The notes: a model not told the origin generated them from the letters alone. A stretch of DNA of 61,772 nt, filler included, from an uncultured Clostridia bacterium (GCA_964441745.1; 3 parts of 3 records of this genome joined end to end with filler, not necessarily neighbours in it); one strand, 5' to 3'; numbered from the whole stretch's first letter, positions 1 to 12,550 are shown. Made by a program: numbers and translations.

Positions 1-55
1 ATAAAATTATGATTCCTCTCGCTATCCCCTGATGCAATTTAATATTCAACTAATC
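1..55. repeat. 55-bp terminal direct repeat, identical to 61718-61772 (assembler k-mer overlap)
   Basis: ATAAAATTATGATTCC...CAACTAATC is the same at both window ends; bamA starts inside it and its likely RBS (AAAGGGGG on the minus strand) lies at about 56-63. Confidence 0.97.
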
Positions 56-121
56 CCCCTTTGCGTGTTTTTTAATATTATCATAAAACAGCTGCTTTTC
101 CAAGCAATATAACCAATAAAA

Positions 122-3100
122 TCAGAACCTGATCTGGTTCTCTATCCCCATGAACCGCTCTTTCTCATCGATCCTCATTTTTAAGTATTTACTCCCTTTC
201 AAGTGATAATCCATCTCTACCTGGTGTTTTAAAGCCAGCCGGTTAGAATTAAGTTCTTCTTCCATGATCGTATTATAGCCCAGAAAAACGCGGGGTCCCA
301 GGTATTTCCCGATACTGATGCTGGACCCTTTCCAAACCGGGCTGGTCGTACTTTCTACGGCATGCTGAGTCACTTCGGTCCGGATGCGCACAACATCGAT
401 CACGCGGTCCAGGCCCAGGTTTTTAACCACTGGCTTGATGATCCTGGTATTCAGGGTCGTATCTACTAATTTAAGCATTTCTTTTAAGAGCATCTTGCTC
501 TGTTCTTCTCCCTCCAGCAAGTTAATTTCAGGCCCGTAAACAAGCATATTGAGTACTTTTTGTTCAGTCATTTGCGGGTCATTGCGGCTGGTGAAACAGG
601 GGCGGACATCATCCAGTTTATTTTTATTAACTGTGAGTATAACCATATCCTGAGCCACCCGGGCTTCAGCGATTCCAGCCAGATAAGCGGTATTATTGTA
701 AAAATCAAGAGCCGCTTCCCTGACCCGGAAATCATTGCCCAGGTACTGTAGCGTTCCGCGTACGGCTTCGACCTGACCAGAAATATTCAGGGTATCAGCC
801 GGTCCCGTAAAAACCAATTTTCCGGTAACATTTACTTCCACTAACTCATTTTCATACCAGGTATTTTCTCCGCCGGTGATAGCCAGGTTCCAATGCGCAT
901 AATCCAGCCAGGCAGTAGAGGATAAACCAGCCGCTGATTTTTTCGGCGGATAGGTCAAATGGGTATTAGTCAAAGTTATGTCCCCGGCCAATTGATAATC
1001 CTTAAACTGTCCAAAAGCATGTATTTCACCTTTTAATTCTCCCCGGTCAATAAAACCAGGGATGGCCACTGGCAGACCGCGTTTGCCGCTGCTATTGACG
1101 GTTAAATCAAAATCCCCAGGGGAGGAAATCCCTAAATCAAGGTAACCAGCTACAGTCACTGCCCCATCCCCAACTACCGCCGAACAAGTACCGATATATA
1201 TTTTATTGTCAGTGATCCTCAGCTTAATCTGCGCCGCACTTATCCTTTTGACTATCTTGGCCGGATAAAGTTCCCCGCCTTCGATAGAACAGACGCCGTT
1301 AAGCGCTGGATGGCTTTTTTTCCCGGTTACCGTCACTTCCGCTGATAAAGGTCCTTTAGCCTTTTTAATAAATTCCGGCCACAAGCTAAGCAATTCGCAA
1401 GAACTATCCGGCAAACTAACTTTTAGGTTATATTCGCCTTGCTCCTTTAAGGGTATAGCGCCATTAGCTTGTACCCTGTACCGTTGATTGCCGCGCAGTT
1501 CTGTAGCGGCTAAGATCAACAAACCATCCTTGATGGCAAATTCACCGGTAAAGGTGTTATAATCAAGCCCGCCGATCTTGCCCTCATAGCTTTGGAAAGA
1601 ACAATCAATTTCCGGATTGGTCCAGCGGCCTTGCATTTCCAAGTTAAACAAAGTCCTGCCGGTGACTGGAATTTTAAAGTCTAATAATTCACTGACCGTA
1701 CCAGCCATAACCCCCTGATTCTGGGTACTAATTACCAGGCTGATATTCTGCGGATAATGGATCTTCCCGTTGGCGATCAAGACCTCTTGGCCTTTTTCAT
1801 AGAACATAATATTATTAAACACATACTCTTGTTTGGCCGGCCTGAAGATAGTTCCGGTAATCGACTTTTCTTTACTCGCTAACGGTAGAAATTCAATTTT
1901 TTCATCTTGCCAATTCAGGCGTACCTGTTCCCCGCTGTAATGATGCTGGTTTACCCAAAGATCCCTGACCAGGATGGAGCAATTTTCTTTTTTACCTTGG
2001 ATCGCCAGATCACCGAAAAGCACAACCTGATCTAACTTAATATTGCGCAAGCCAAGCCGGCAATCAAAAGCTATCTGATCTTGTTCCAGCCAGGTCACGG
2101 TACTGCCTTTTTCCAGATAAATCTTGCTTTCCTTATTTTCCGCCCGCAACGTCTCAAACGTGATCAGACCATTCTCTATTTTAAAATCCCCGCTCACTTC
2201 ACTGGGACTAAAGCCAGCGTAACTAAAATCGTGAACCAGGATATTGCCGCTGACTAACGGATTTTGACGATTACCGGTTATTTTCACTTCTGCCTGGACC
2301 CGGCCTTTGGTCTCCCCAGGATCGGTAACTACTTGGGCCAGGTTGGCAAAATCAGCCTGGTTTACCTGTATATTCAGCCACCAGGGACTCTCTTCATTAA
2401 AGGGTATTTTACCGGCCACCAGGTATTCTTCCGGCCCGTTCTTTAATTCCAGATTAGTCAGATGCAGAATACTATTCTGGCAGCGCCATAAGCCAATGAT
2501 CTGGTCATATGCCAGTCCCCGCCAAGCGCCGCGTCCTCCGGCCAGGCTGCCTGTTATAACCGGATCTTTTAAATCTCCGGTTATAGCGGCCTCAATGTGC
2601 AATGGTCCGGTCATTTTCTCTAAAATCTTGATCTGCCACATAGTATTGGCCTGGGCCATATTATCCAGATCTATGTTCAGTGATCCTTGGATGCTGGGTT
2701 TTTCCTGTACCAGCACTGTGATTTCCAGGAGATAGGATTGGCCCATCCGGGCTTTCATTATTACTTGCTTTTTCTGGTTACTAATTTGTCCGGTTATTTC
2801 CTGCGGCTGTTTATTGACAGTAAATTTTTCACTGGAAAGCTTAGCGTTAAAGGCAGCCTGGCCATTATCTTTCAGCCAACCGGCACATTTAATCCGGCCA
2901 GTCAACTGCGGCGTTTCATAAGCAGTCCCCGGCAACACACTTTGAAACCGGTCAAAATCAAAAATTACCTCAGCCTTATTCTCTTTACCCTCTTGCAGGT
3001 TTATCCACCAGGAACTTTGCAGAGTACCGTCTTTACCCAGTGTGCTGATAGCGCCTTGGAAATGTTTTTTCTGGCTGAAAACCAGGGTCGCCTGGCTTGG

Positions 3101-5230
3101 ACCCAAGGCCAAATCCCACAACTGCAGCGCTCCGATCTTCAAATTACCACGCGCCTCTATCGCTCCCGGCGCTCCGTTTAAGCTTAGCTGACCGGTACTC
3201 AAGCCGTTCAGTTTCCCGCCGCTATCAAAGCCCACGGCGGATAAGATAATGCCAAGTTCCAGGTCCACTGGCTGGAAATTCAGGTCTACCAGCGGTTTTG
3301 GCTTGAAAGCAATAGTGCCCTGTATCTTTGAATCACGGTTGATGCTAATTTCAGGGAATTCCATTTTCTCCCTGTTGATCAGGCAATCTCCGGCTAATGT
3401 TATTCTCTGCCCGCCAGCTGATAAGTCATTACCGTAAATCTTCAGCTTGGCCTGTGGAGCGGTTAATGATCCTTGTATCTTCCCTTGACTGTTAACCGTC
3501 CCATGCAGGTTAGACAAACCGAACAGGGAGGATAGTTCCTCGACCGGCACATTTTTGCCAGTTAATGTCAGCAGTATTTTTTCATCCTGGTTGGTTTGTA
3601 TCTCCCCCTGCACGCCAATCTTCCCGCCGTTGGCAAAATCAATACCCAAATCAGCGATCTGGATCATCTTTCCCTTAAACCAAATTAGACCGCTGATCTT
3701 ATCTTTAGTGTTTAATCTTTGTCCGGAAAATGTCAGGTTATGCTGGCGATACTGGAATGACGCATCAAGAGGGCCCAGGGCATAATCAGCGAAGGCAATT
3801 TTTCTGGCCATGATCCGGCCTTGAGTTTCCACTTCCGGCCAAATTCCTTTGGCGGTGATGTATGCATCCATACTGCCGGTGCAGTTATTTTTGAATAATT
3901 GACCCAGGTTAAGATGCAAACTGCTGGCATTCAGCTCATATACTTCCAGCGGCAGATCTACCCCCAGTTTTATCCTGGCTGAAGCGACCAGATCACCGCC
4001 AGCCAGATTAGCCTGGCAAGTGTTGATAGTCAGCAAGTTATGTTCCCATAGCGCCTGAAATTTGAGACCAGTCAAGGGCAGCTCTTGCCAATGCCCTTTG
4101 GCCAGGGCCAGATCAGAAATGATTTTTACACCAGACAGCGGGCCGGTTATAGCGAGAGTAAGCCTGCCCTTGCCGGCTAAGTTCCAGGCATGGAAATCAG
4201 GGCTGGGAAAAATACGGGTGAGGTCAGACAGGTCAAAAGCCGCAGCTTTCAGCTTTAAGTCCGCTTCCGGCTGGTGGAGAAAATCGGAGATAGAACCAGA
4301 AACAAGATAAGCAGAATTGGCCAGAGTAAAAGAGGATTTGCGAATATTAATATTTTTTTCGTTAAATTCCACCGCGCAAGAAAAATCCCGTACCGGGTCC
4401 GGTATGCCGGCCAGCTTAAATTCCCCTTCTTTGAGCGTCGCTTTACCCTGACAGGAGAATCCATCCTGGCTAATAGTGTCATAACGCAAAGCCAGGTTTA
4501 GAGACATTTCTCCCTGGGCAGTAGTAAGTTTTAAGGCCGGAAAAACCTGGGGTATTTTCTGGAGAGATATTTTTTTGCCGTTGATTTCAGCGTCAATAAC
4601 AGCTTGCGGGATATCGTATGTTCCGTCTACGCTTAAGCGGTCATTTTGGCTTAAAGAAGTGACCGCCTTGAAGCGGAAGGCAATTTGCGTTTTGGTTTTT
4701 TGCTTAAACGCGCCATCTATTTTTCTGACGGTGACTTGGTCCAGGCTGCCGCTTTCATCATCAAAGCTGATTCTGCCGTTATTGATATTTAAAGAGTATG
4801 GAAGCTGACGTCCTGCGCTCAGGCTCCTGGACATTAGCTCATTAAGATTCCATCGTCCCTGCCGGCAGCGGAGATGCGCGGCAGGATCAAGCAAGACGAT
4901 ATATATAATACTGCGTTTAAAATCCCTGGTTTTCAATAAACGCCAGATATTATACCGGATCGCAATTTCCCTGATCTCCAGGACTGGGCCTTCTTCCCGT
5001 TTCCCCGGCTGGTAGATAGTCAATCCATTGATCACTAAAGAGTTAAAAATATTAGTCTTGAGTGGCCCGATCACTACATCTTTATTGACCCACTGGCCCA
5101 GTTTCTTGCTCAGTGGCTCTCTCAGACGTTCACTGACAATGCCGGTGAGCGCCAGCCGAAAAAAAATAAAGCCCAACAATAAAAAGACACTTACTGTTAT
5201 GGCTGCAGTAATTTTTTTAGATTTAGTCAT
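122..5230 (-). CDS. tamB: TamB/AsmA-like translocation and assembly module protein
   Basis: 1702 aa, N-terminal TM anchor, long beta-rich repeats, TamB-like C-terminus (IGKYLGPRVFLGY...); directly upstream of bamA through the terminal overlap. Confidence 0.8.
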   Translation of the reverse strand: MTKSKKITAAITVSVFLLLGFIFFRLALTGIVSERLREPLSKKLGQWVNKDVVIGPLKTNIFNSLVINGLTIYQPGKREEGPVLEIREIAIRYNIWRLLKTRDFKRSIIYIVLLDPAAHLRCRQGRWNLNELMSRSLSAGRQLPYSLNINNGRISFDDESGSLDQVTVRKIDGAFKQKTKTQIAFRFKAVTSLSQNDRLSVDGTYDIPQAVIDAEINGKKISLQKIPQVFPALKLTTAQGEMSLNLALRYDTISQDGFSCQGKATLKEGEFKLAGIPDPVRDFSCAVEFNEKNINIRKSSFTLANSAYLVSGSISDFLHQPEADLKLKAAAFDLSDLTRIFPSPDFHAWNLAGKGRLTLAITGPLSGVKIISDLALAKGHWQELPLTGLKFQALWEHNLLTINTCQANLAGGDLVASARIKLGVDLPLEVYELNASSLHLNLGQLFKNNCTGSMDAYITAKGIWPEVETQGRIMARKIAFADYALGPLDASFQYRQHNLTFSGQRLNTKDKISGLIWFKGKMIQIADLGIDFANGGKIGVQGEIQTNQDEKILLTLTGKNVPVEELSSLFGLSNLHGTVNSQGKIQGSLTAPQAKLKIYGNDLSAGGQRITLAGDCLINREKMEFPEISINRDSKIQGTIAFKPKPLVDLNFQPVDLELGIILSAVGFDSGGKLNGLSTGQLSLNGAPGAIEARGNLKIGALQLWDLALGPSQATLVFSQKKHFQGAISTLGKDGTLQSSWWINLQEGKENKAEVIFDFDRFQSVLPGTAYETPQLTGRIKCAGWLKDNGQAAFNAKLSSEKFTVNKQPQEITGQISNQKKQVIMKARMGQSYLLEITVLVQEKPSIQGSLNIDLDNMAQANTMWQIKILEKMTGPLHIEAAITGDLKDPVITGSLAGGRGAWRGLAYDQIIGLWRCQNSILHLTNLELKNGPEEYLVAGKIPFNEESPWWLNIQVNQADFANLAQVVTDPGETKGRVQAEVKITGNRQNPLVSGNILVHDFSYAGFSPSEVSGDFKIENGLITFETLRAENKESKIYLEKGSTVTWLEQDQIAFDCRLGLRNIKLDQVVLFGDLAIQGKKENCSILVRDLWVNQHHYSGEQVRLNWQDEKIEFLPLASKEKSITGTIFRPAKQEYVFNNIMFYEKGQEVLIANGKIHYPQNISLVISTQNQGVMAGTVSELLDFKIPVTGRTLFNLEMQGRWTNPEIDCSFQSYEGKIGGLDYNTFTGEFAIKDGLLILAATELRGNQRYRVQANGAIPLKEQGEYNLKVSLPDSSCELLSLWPEFIKKAKGPLSAEVTVTGKKSHPALNGVCSIEGGELYPAKIVKRISAAQIKLRITDNKIYIGTCSAVVGDGAVTVAGYLDLGISSPGDFDLTVNSSGKRGLPVAIPGFIDRGELKGEIHAFGQFKDYQLAGDITLTNTHLTYPPKKSAAGLSSTAWLDYAHWNLAITGGENTWYENELVEVNVTGKLVFTGPADTLNISGQVEAVRGTLQYLGNDFRVREAALDFYNNTAYLAGIAEARVAQDMVILTVNKNKLDDVRPCFTSRNDPQMTEQKVLNMLVYGPEINLLEGEEQSKMLLKEMLKLVDTTLNTRIIKPVVKNLGLDRVIDVVRIRTEVTQHAVESTTSPVWKGSSISIGKYLGPRVFLGYNTIMEEELNSNRLALKHQVEMDYHLKGSKYLKMRIDEKERFMGIENQIRF

Positions 5231-5241
5231 GTGTAGTGAGC

Positions 5242-7716
5242 CTAAGACGTGGTTACGCCGGCCAGCTGTTTAAAGGATATTTTTTCGCCCGCTATCGCTA
5301 TCAGGATCGGCTTGGTCGAATCAATGGTCCTGGAAAGAAGTTCTTCAGCCAGGGGATCTTCCAGGTATTTTTGGATAGCCCGCCGCAGCGGCCGGGCGCC
5401 GGATTTGGGATCAAATCCTTTTGCTACCAGGAAATCCTTTACTGCGGCATCGATTTTCAGTTCTATATTCTGCTCATGCATCCGCTCTACGACTTTATTC
5501 AGCATGAGTTCCACGATCTTATGCATCTCTTCACGCTTTAAGGTCTTGAAAACAATCACTTCATCGATGCGGTTCACGAATTCAGGGTTGAAGGCTCTTT
5601 TTACTTCTTCCAATACTGTGTCTCTCATCTCTTGATATGATGTTTCTCCATCCTCTTCGCCGGTAAAACCCATGGGTTTGCCTTTTTCGATCAACCTGGC
5701 GCCGAGATTAGAGGTCATGATGATCACGGTGTTCTTGAAATTAACGCTATGCCCAAGATTATCAGTCAGTTTGCCCTCGTCCAAAACCTGCAATAAAATA
5801 TTAAATACATCCGGATGGGCTTTTTCTATCTCATCTAAAAGAACTACCGCATAAGGCCGGCGCCTGACTTGTTCGGTTAGCTGACCGCCTTCTTCATAGC
5901 CGACATAACCCGGAGGCGCCCCGATCAGCCGGGAAACAGCAAATTTTTCCATGAACTCGCTCATATCAACGCGGATGACTGACTCCTCGTTGCCAAAAAG
6001 GAACTCAGCCAGAGCCCTGGCTAGTTCTGTCTTGCCTACCCCGGTAGGTCCCAGGAAAATGAAGGAACCGATCGGCCGCCGGGGATCTTTTAATCCGGTC
6101 CGGGAACGGCGCACAGCCTGAGCGATAACCTTTAACGCTTCATCCTGGCCGATCACTCTTTGCCGTAAATCCTGTTCCATATGCACCAGTTTTGATTGTT
6201 CCTTCTCAGTGATCTTCATGACCGGGATATTGGTCATCTTGGAAACGATATAAGCAATATCCTGTTCTCCTACTACGGCATCTTTCTTGCTCCGTTTTTG
6301 GGACCAGTCTTTTTTGGTCTTATCTAATTTTGTTTTAAGTTCTTTTTCGCGGTCACGCAATTTCGCCGCGGTTTCAAAATCCTGCGTATTAGTAGCGTCT
6401 TTCTTTTCCTTATCCAGCTGCTCGATCTGCTCCTCAATCGATTTCAAGTCCGGCGGGAGCATGGTGGCCTGCAGCCGTACCCGGGAAGCGGCCTCATCCA
6501 TTAAATCAATGGCCTTATCCGGCTGGAACCGGTCAGGGATATAACGGTCAGACATTTCCGCGGCGGCGTCTATGGCTTCATCCGCGATCTTGACATGATG
6601 ATGCGTCTCGTACCTTTCCCGCAATCCTCTTAATATTTCTTTGGTATCTTCCACACTCGGAGGTTCCACTACGATCGGCTGGAACCGGCGTTCCAGCGCG
6701 GCGTCATGTTCTATATACTTGCGGTATTCGTCAAAAGTAGTCGCGCCGACACACTGCAGTTCACCGCGGGAAAGCGCCGGTTTCAAGATATTGGAAGCGT
6801 CGATCGCTCCCTCTGCCGCTCCGGCCCCCACTACGGTATGTAATTCATCGATGAACAGGATAATGGAATTCTTGGCCCGGCGGATCTCTTCCATAATGGT
6901 TTTCAGCCGCTGTTCAAATTCGCCGCGGTATTTGGTCCCGGCCAGCAGACCGGCCAGGTCCAGAGTCAATACTCGTTTATTCAGCAATGCTTCCGGCACA
7001 TTATTGTTGATAATTTGCTCAGCCAATCCTTCGACGATAGCGGTTTTCCCCACGCCTGGCTCACCGATCAAAGCCGGATTGTTCTTGGTCCGGCGGGCTA
7101 ATATTTGAATGACCCGTTCGATCTCGCCACGCCGTCCGATCACTGGGTCAAGCTTCCCTTCGGCGGCCATTACCGTCAGGTCACGGCAATATTGATCGAG
7201 GGTTGGGGTGGTCGATTTATTTCTGGCCTTAGCCTGCTGCGGGATCTCTTCATTCTCCACATTCACCTGCTGTGTTTCCAGGTTGCTGAGAATATTGATA
7301 ATTTCTTCCCGTACCCGGTCCAGCTGGATGCCCATGGCCACCAGGACCTTAGCGGCAATACCTTCTCCTTCGCGCAATAATCCTATTAATATATGTTCTG
7401 TCCCGATCCGGGAATGGCCCATGGTCTGTGATTCTGCCACTGCCAATTGCAATACTTTTTTTGCCCGCGGGGTGAATGGGACTTCCCCCAGTAACATGAT
7501 CGTATCACCGGCTCCAACAATTTTTTCTACCTCTTTACGAATTTTACTCAGGTCCAGCTCCAGGTTAGCCAGGACCAACGAAGCTACGCCCTCATTCAAA
7601 TCAATGAGGCCAAGAAGCAAATGCTCAGTGCCCAAATAATCGTGATTCAGGCGCTTCACTTCTTCCTGGGCGAGCTGGATAGCCCGCTGTGCCCTTTCCG
7701 TAAAGCGATTAAACAT
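5242..7716 (-). CDS. clpC: ATP-dependent Clp protease ATPase subunit ClpC
   Basis: [10 protein letters not shown] Clp-N repeats, Walker A motifs GEPGVGKT and [11 protein letters not shown]-type middle domain; start moved to ATG 7716 behind GGAGG. Confidence 0.95.
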   Translation of the reverse strand: MFNRFTERAQRAIQLAQEEVKRLNHDYLGTEHLLLGLIDLNEGVASLVLANLELDLSKIRKEVEKIVGAGDTIMLLGEVPFTPRAKKVLQLAVAESQTMGHSRIGTEHILIGLLREGEGIAAKVLVAMGIQLDRVREEIINILSNLETQQVNVENEEIPQQAKARNKSTTPTLDQYCRDLTVMAAEGKLDPVIGRRGEIERVIQILARRTKNNPALIGEPGVGKTAIVEGLAEQIINNNVPEALLNKRVLTLDLAGLLAGTKYRGEFEQRLKTIMEEIRRAKNSIILFIDELHTVVGAGAAEGAIDASNILKPALSRGELQCVGATTFDEYRKYIEHDAALERRFQPIVVEPPSVEDTKEILRGLRERYETHHHVKIADEAIDAAAEMSDRYIPDRFQPDKAIDLMDEAASRVRLQATMLPPDLKSIEEQIEQLDKEKKDATNTQDFETAAKLRDREKELKTKLDKTKKDWSQKRSKKDAVVGEQDIAYIVSKMTNIPVMKITEKEQSKLVHMEQDLRQRVIGQDEALKVIAQAVRRSRTGLKDPRRPIGSFIFLGPTGVGKTELARALAEFLFGNEESVIRVDMSEFMEKFAVSRLIGAPPGYVGYEEGGQLTEQVRRRPYAVVLLDEIEKAHPDVFNILLQVLDEGKLTDNLGHSVNFKNTVIIMTSNLGARLIEKGKPMGFTGEEDGETSYQEMRDTVLEEVKRAFNPEFVNRIDEVIVFKTLKREEMHKIVELMLNKVVERMHEQNIELKIDAAVKDFLVAKGFDPKSGARPLRRAIQKYLEDPLAEELLSRTIDSTKPILIAIAGEKISFKQLAGVTTS

Positions 7717-7754
7717 CGACGCCTCCAATTACCTAATCTCAAATTTCAAATCTC

Positions 7755-7801
7755 ACCTGTCCCCGCGTCTTTGATCCCGATTTATCGGGATCAGCAGGGG
7801 G
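7755..7801. repeat. About 50-bp nested hairpin element, copy 1 of 4 (ACCTGTCCCCGCGTCTT-hairpin-GCAGGGG)
   Basis: Same flanks as 20021-20072, 33431-33482 and 35627-35678; inner stem TGATCCCGAT/ATCGGGATCA. Confidence 0.9.
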
Positions 7802-7810
7802 AATTTCAAA

Positions 7811-8683
7811 TTAAATCTCTACGCCTTCAGTTAAAGTCAGAGCTTTGTATTCTGTGATCAATTTAGATGTTATTTTGCCTGGCTTACCATTCCCGATCGG
7901 CCGTCCGTCGATCATGACCACCGGCACGACTTCCGCCGCAGTCCCCGTCAAGAAACATTCATCCGCGGTGAACAGGTCATACCGGGTAAAAACTTCTTCC
8001 CGGCAGGATATACTATTCTTCGCCGACAGTTCCATGACCACATCCCGGGTAACGCCTTCCAGCGCGCCCAGATAAACAGGCGGTGTCTTCAGCACATTAT
8101 TCTTGAGAATAAAGATATTATCACCGGTACATTCAGCCACATAACCATCTTGGGTCAGCATAATAGCTTCCGGCGCGTTCTGCAAAGTGGCTTCTATCTT
8201 GGCCAGGATGTTATTCAGGTAATTAAGCGACTTGATCCGCGGGCTCAGTGACTCAGGAATATTTTTCCGGGTGGAAGCAGTCACAATAGTTAAGCCCTCT
8301 CTATAAAATTCTTCAGGATAAAGATTTATCTTATCCGTAATGCAAAAAACAGTTGGCTTGGGGCATTTACGCGGATCTAATCCCAGGTCCCCAGCGCCGC
8401 GGGTCACCACCAGGCGGATGTAGGCGTCTTTCAACTTATTGGCCCGCAGGGTTTCGAGCACGACTTCTTCCATTTGGCTGATAGAAATCCCGCATTCCAA
8501 ATTGATCGCCTTGGCTGAATTATAAAGCCGTAGTAAATGTTCGCCCAGGCGGAAAACCCGGCCATTATAGGCGCGGATCCCTTCAAAAACCCCGTCGCCG
8601 TATAATAAGCCATGGTCAAACACACTGATCTTGGCGTCTTCCTTTTCCACTATTTTCCCATCTAAATAAATCTTCAAACCCAT
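7811..8683 (-). CDS. ilvE: Branched-chain amino acid aminotransferase (class IV PLP)
   Basis: DHGLLYGDGVFEGIR, KSLNYLNNI, ECTGDNIF and FLTGTAAEV motifs. Confidence 0.93.
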   Translation of the reverse strand: MGLKIYLDGKIVEKEDAKISVFDHGLLYGDGVFEGIRAYNGRVFRLGEHLLRLYNSAKAINLECGISISQMEEVVLETLRANKLKDAYIRLVVTRGAGDLGLDPRKCPKPTVFCITDKINLYPEEFYREGLTIVTASTRKNIPESLSPRIKSLNYLNNILAKIEATLQNAPEAIMLTQDGYVAECTGDNIFILKNNVLKTPPVYLGALEGVTRDVVMELSAKNSISCREEVFTRYDLFTADECFLTGTAAEVVPVVMIDGRPIGNGKPGKITSKLITEYKALTLTEGVEI

Positions 8684-8700
8684 GTTTTACTCCTTCGGAG

Positions 8701-8805
8701 ATTATAAATTACAAATTCTATCGCTTCGCTTATTCTAAATTATTTTTTAGTACCAATATTTGGCATAAGTTCCGCAGGAACGATGTCATTTAGCATTTAG
8801 AATTT
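8701..8805. repeat. AT-rich heptamer-arm palindromic intergenic element with ATCG..CTTAT / ATAAG..CGAT mini-hairpins
   Basis: AAATTAC/AAATTCT units on the left, AGCATTT/AGAATTT on the right; shares motifs with 14419-14556. Confidence 0.75.
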
Positions 8806-9552
8806 TTATACTATGCGTCCGTCTTTCAATTTTATGATCCGGTCCGCTTTCTTGGCATATTCTTCATCATGCGTGACCAGCACCAGGGTTTTCCTATCAA
8901 CTTTATTGATCTTGTGCAGAATATTAATTATCTCCAGACTGTTTTTATAGTCCAGGTTGCCAGTCGGTTCATCAGCCAGGATCACCCCTGGATCGTTAAA
9001 CAGGGCCCGGGCAATAGCTACCCGTTGCTGTTCCCCGCCGGAAAGCTGGTTAGGCCAATGTCCCATTCTTTCCCCTAGTCCAACCCGGCCTAATATCTCT
9101 TCAGCCCAGGCGCGATCAGCAGCTGGTACTTGTAATTTATCCTGGCTGATAAAACGGGGCATCAAGACATTCTCTAACACACTGAATTCAGGCAAAAGAT
9201 GATAAAACTGGAAAATAAAACCAACTTTTTTATTCCTTAAGGCGGCTGTCTCCCGGTCCCCCAGTTCCTTGATGTTAACACCTTCAAACGTCAATTCCCC
9301 GCCTGTAGGCTGGTCCAGAATACCCAGGATGTGCAATAACGTGCTTTTACCGGCGCCGCTGGGACCAATGATCGCGACAAATTCGCCCTGTTTTAATTCC
9401 AGGTCTATCCCCTTTAGAACCTTTAACTCCTGGTCACTGGTAGAATAATTTTTAGTCAGGTTCTTGGCGGTAATGATTGGAGCTTGCTGCCCCGCCGGCT
9501 GATTAAGAACCGATTCCTGGCCTATATCATCAAAACTTAGTTGTTCATTCAT
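8806..9552 (-). CDS. lolD: Lipoprotein-releasing ABC transporter ATP-binding protein
   Basis: [34 protein letters not shown]; adjacent to lolC/E. Confidence 0.88.
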   Translation of the reverse strand: MNEQLSFDDIGQESVLNQPAGQQAPIITAKNLTKNYSTSDQELKVLKGIDLELKQGEFVAIIGPSGAGKSTLLHILGILDQPTGGELTFEGVNIKELGDRETAALRNKKVGFIFQFYHLLPEFSVLENVLMPRFISQDKLQVPAADRAWAEEILGRVGLGERMGHWPNQLSGGEQQRVAIARALFNDPGVILADEPTGNLDYKNSLEIINILHKINKVDRKTLVLVTHDEEYAKKADRIIKLKDGRIV

Positions 9553-9622
9553 ATCTAATTGCCTCTGATAAACTTCCTCATTCTATGATTCTGGTTTTAA
9601 ATAATTTTTCACCATTTTCTTT

Positions 9623-10870
9623 TTACTCGTACCGAATCGCCTCGACTGGATTAAGTCTGGATGCTTTGTACGATGGATAAATAGTAGCCAGGAAGCTGAT
9701 CACTAAAGCGGCTATGGCAATCACGCTAAAATCCCCTAATTGCATTTTTACCGGCAAATGGTCCAGATAGTAAATATCCCCGGGCAATTTGATAAATTTA
9801 TATTTATCCAGCAGGATACAGCCGAGCCAGCCGCCGGCCATCCCCAGCGCTAAACCAAAGAATCCGATAACCAAACCTTCCCACATGAATATTTTCATAA
9901 TGGCGGCCCGCGTCGCGCCCAAAGCCCGCATTATTCCGATGCACCGGGTTTTCTGTATGGTAATCATCATTAAAGTCCCGACAATATTAAAGCAGGCCAC
10001 CAGCACGATCAAGGTTAAAATGACAAACATCGCTATTTTTTCCAGTTTTAAGGCTGAAAAAAGGTTGCGATTCACCGACATCCAGTCCCGCGCCCAATAC
10101 GGGAAACCGATGCTTTCCTGAAGCTCTTTAACTACCTGGTCAGCTAAGAAAAAATTATCAGTCTTCGCCTCTATTCCAGTAACCTTGTTCTTAAGACCAA
10201 AAATACTTTGGGCACTCGCTAATGGGATAAAAGCCAGGTTCGAGTCATACTCGTAATAACCAGAATCAAATATTCCTACTACTTTAAATTTTTTCATCAG
10301 AGGTATAACTCCCATCGTGGAAGTCATCCCCTGGGAAGAGATCATTACTAATTCATCTTTCAGCGTTACTCTGAGATTCTGGGCCAGTCCTGTCCCTAAA
10401 ACTATTCCGTCTACAGGCATGGTTTTACTTTTTTTAGCTGGTTTAGTTGTTACCAGTTTATCCAGGCTGCCAGCTTTCATATAGGAAGTGAGATTAGTCA
10501 CGGTTAATAATTGCGCCGGCTCTACCCCTTTAACCAAGACTCCTGTCGCCCCATCCTGAGTTTTAAGAATAGCCTGTCCATAGATAAACGGGCTGGTCCC
10601 CAACACGTGCTTATTCTCATCGATCTTCTGGATCAATTTACTATAATTTTCAATTCCCCGGCCGGTCTGGGAAGTCACCACTATATGAGCATTGACTCCT
10701 AGTATTTTCGCCCGTAAGTCGTTCTGAAATCCGTTCATTACGGAAAGCGTAATGATCAGAGCCATCACTCCTACGGCTACTCCGGCAATGGAAATGATCC
10801 CAATGAGGGATAAGAACATTTGTTCTTTCCTGAATTTCAAGTAGCGCAGGGCCACGCCAAGCTCAAACAT
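9623..10870 (-). CDS. lolE: Lipoprotein-releasing ABC transporter permease LolC/E
   Basis: [35 protein letters not shown]; FtsX/MacB topology. Confidence 0.88.
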   Translation of the reverse strand: MFELGVALRYLKFRKEQMFLSLIGIISIAGVAVGVMALIITLSVMNGFQNDLRAKILGVNAHIVVTSQTGRGIENYSKLIQKIDENKHVLGTSPFIYGQAILKTQDGATGVLVKGVEPAQLLTVTNLTSYMKAGSLDKLVTTKPAKKSKTMPVDGIVLGTGLAQNLRVTLKDELVMISSQGMTSTMGVIPLMKKFKVVGIFDSGYYEYDSNLAFIPLASAQSIFGLKNKVTGIEAKTDNFFLADQVVKELQESIGFPYWARDWMSVNRNLFSALKLEKIAMFVILTLIVLVACFNIVGTLMMITIQKTRCIGIMRALGATRAAIMKIFMWEGLVIGFFGLALGMAGGWLGCILLDKYKFIKLPGDIYYLDHLPVKMQLGDFSVIAIAALVISFLATIYPSYKASRLNPVEAIRYE

Positions 10871-12341
10871 TTTCCGGCCTCATTTGCGGGAATAAGATCA
10901 CGTCGCGGATAGAGGCAGAATTGGTGATCACCATGATCAAGCGGTCAATCCCGATACCCAGACCGCCGCAAGGAGGCATGCCATATTCTAAAGCGCGGAT
11001 ATAATCCTCATCCAGCATTTGCGCTTCTTCATCGCCGCGCTCCCGCTCCTTGAGCTGTTGTTCCATCCGTTTTCTTTGTTCCTGTGGATCATTGAGCTCA
11101 GAATAAGCGTTCGCCAGTTCCTGGGCCCCGATAAAAAGTTCAAAACGTTCGACGATATCCGGATTACCCTTGGCATTTTTGGCCAGGGGAGATAATTCGG
11201 TCGGATAATCGCAAATAAAAGTAGGCTGGACCAGTTTCCCCTCCACTAATTCTTCAAAGATAGTATTAATGATCTTATATTGCGTATCCTGATCCTTGAA
11301 TGGCGCCTGCAAGTCACGGGCGATCTTCCTGGTTTCTTCCAGGGTTTTCGGCGCCATAAAATCAGCTCCGGTATATTCCTTCACTGCTTCCAGCAGGGTT
11401 AGTCTTTTCCAATCGCCGGCAAAAACAATAGTATTGCCCTGATATTCAATTTCCAGTTTACCGGTACACTCTTTGACCACACTAGTGATCAATTCGCGGC
11501 AGAGGTCCATGACCTGGTTGTAATCAGCGTAAGCCTGGTATAATTCGATCATCGTAAACTCGGGATTATGCCTGGTAGAAATGCCTTCATTACGGAAGTT
11601 CCGGTTAATTTCATAAACCCGTTCTAATCCCCCGACGATCAACCGTTTCAGGTATAGTTCCGGGGCGATCCGCAGATACAGGTCTAGATCCAGGGCATTA
11701 TGATGAGTGATGAATGGTTTTGCCGCCGCTCCGCCGGCCAGCGGCTGCATCATCGGCGTTTCCACTTCCAGGAAATCTTTATCATCCAGGATCTTACGCA
11801 TAGTCTTGATCGCCTTGGAACGGACCCGGAAAATATCCGCGACCTCATCATTGGCGATCAAATCCACGTAACGCTGGCGATAGCGTGTTTCAATATCTTT
11901 TAAACCGTGCCATTTTTCCGGCAGCGGGCGCAAAGCTTTAGACAGCAGGGTAACTTTTTGCGCCATAATAGTCAATTCCCCGGTCCGGGTGCAAAACACA
12001 CTGCCTTCCACGCCAATAATATCTCCCAGATCCAGGGTTTTGAAAAGCGCATATTCCGGCTCGCCTATTTTATCTTTGCGGACATAGATCTGGATCCGGC
12101 CAGACGCATCTTTCAGCGTGGCAAAACAGGCCTTCCCCATCAATCGCATGGTCATAATCCGGCCAGCCAGCGCTACCATCGTCGGCTCTTCGGCCTCCTG
12201 AGTCAGGTGGCCGAACTGCTGACGGATAGCAGCCGTATTAAAAGTAGCGGCGAATTTATTAGGATACGGATCCACCTGCTGGGCTTTCAGGTCGTCCAGT
12301 TTTTTCCGGCGTTGTACATATTGGTCGTTTAATTCTTCCAC
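10863..12341 (-). CDS. lysS: Lysine--tRNA ligase (class II)
   Basis: [43 protein letters not shown]. Confidence 0.97.
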   Translation of the reverse strand: MEELNDQYVQRRKKLDDLKAQQVDPYPNKFAATFNTAAIRQQFGHLTQEAEEPTMVALAGRIMTMRLMGKACFATLKDASGRIQIYVRKDKIGEPEYALFKTLDLGDIIGVEGSVFCTRTGELTIMAQKVTLLSKALRPLPEKWHGLKDIETRYRQRYVDLIANDEVADIFRVRSKAIKTMRKILDDKDFLEVETPMMQPLAGGAAAKPFITHHNALDLDLYLRIAPELYLKRLIVGGLERVYEINRNFRNEGISTRHNPEFTMIELYQAYADYNQVMDLCRELITSVVKECTGKLEIEYQGNTIVFAGDWKRLTLLEAVKEYTGADFMAPKTLEETRKIARDLQAPFKDQDTQYKIINTIFEELVEGKLVQPTFICDYPTELSPLAKNAKGNPDIVERFELFIGAQELANAYSELNDPQEQRKRMEQQLKERERGDEEAQMLDEDYIRALEYGMPPCGGLGIGIDRLIMVITNSASIRDVILFPQMRPENV

Positions 12342-12378
12342 AAATTCCTTCCTTGATTACGGAAAATATAATTAGTAT

Positions 12379-12408
12379 ATTATAGTGCATGGACTCGACG
12401 AATGTCAA
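12379..12408 (-). promoter_or_regulatory. Sigma70-type promoter for lysS-lolE-lolD
   Basis: TTGACA-18 nt-TATAAT on the minus strand, about 40 nt upstream of lysS. Confidence 0.75.
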
Positions 12409-12440
12409 GAGTAAATACTATTAGCGGATAAAACCGTTTT

Positions 12441-12550
12441 TGGGTGTTGGGTTTGGAAGTAGGTATGGTCTAAGGTCTCAGGAAGTATGGCTTGAAACTA
12501 TCTACTTATGACCTACTTCCATACTTACATCCACAACTTACAACCTAATA
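12441..12550. repeat. Palindromic intergenic element, GAAGTAGGTATGG family
   Basis: GGAAGTAGGT...ACCTACTTCC inverted arms; related to 41097-41200, 42697-42767 and 55037-55150. Confidence 0.8.

Noticed and set aside
4804-4826. Possible palindromic insert in tamB (LSAGRQ)
   Set aside because: Only a 4-bp stem (CCTG..CAGG), too weak to distinguish from chance.
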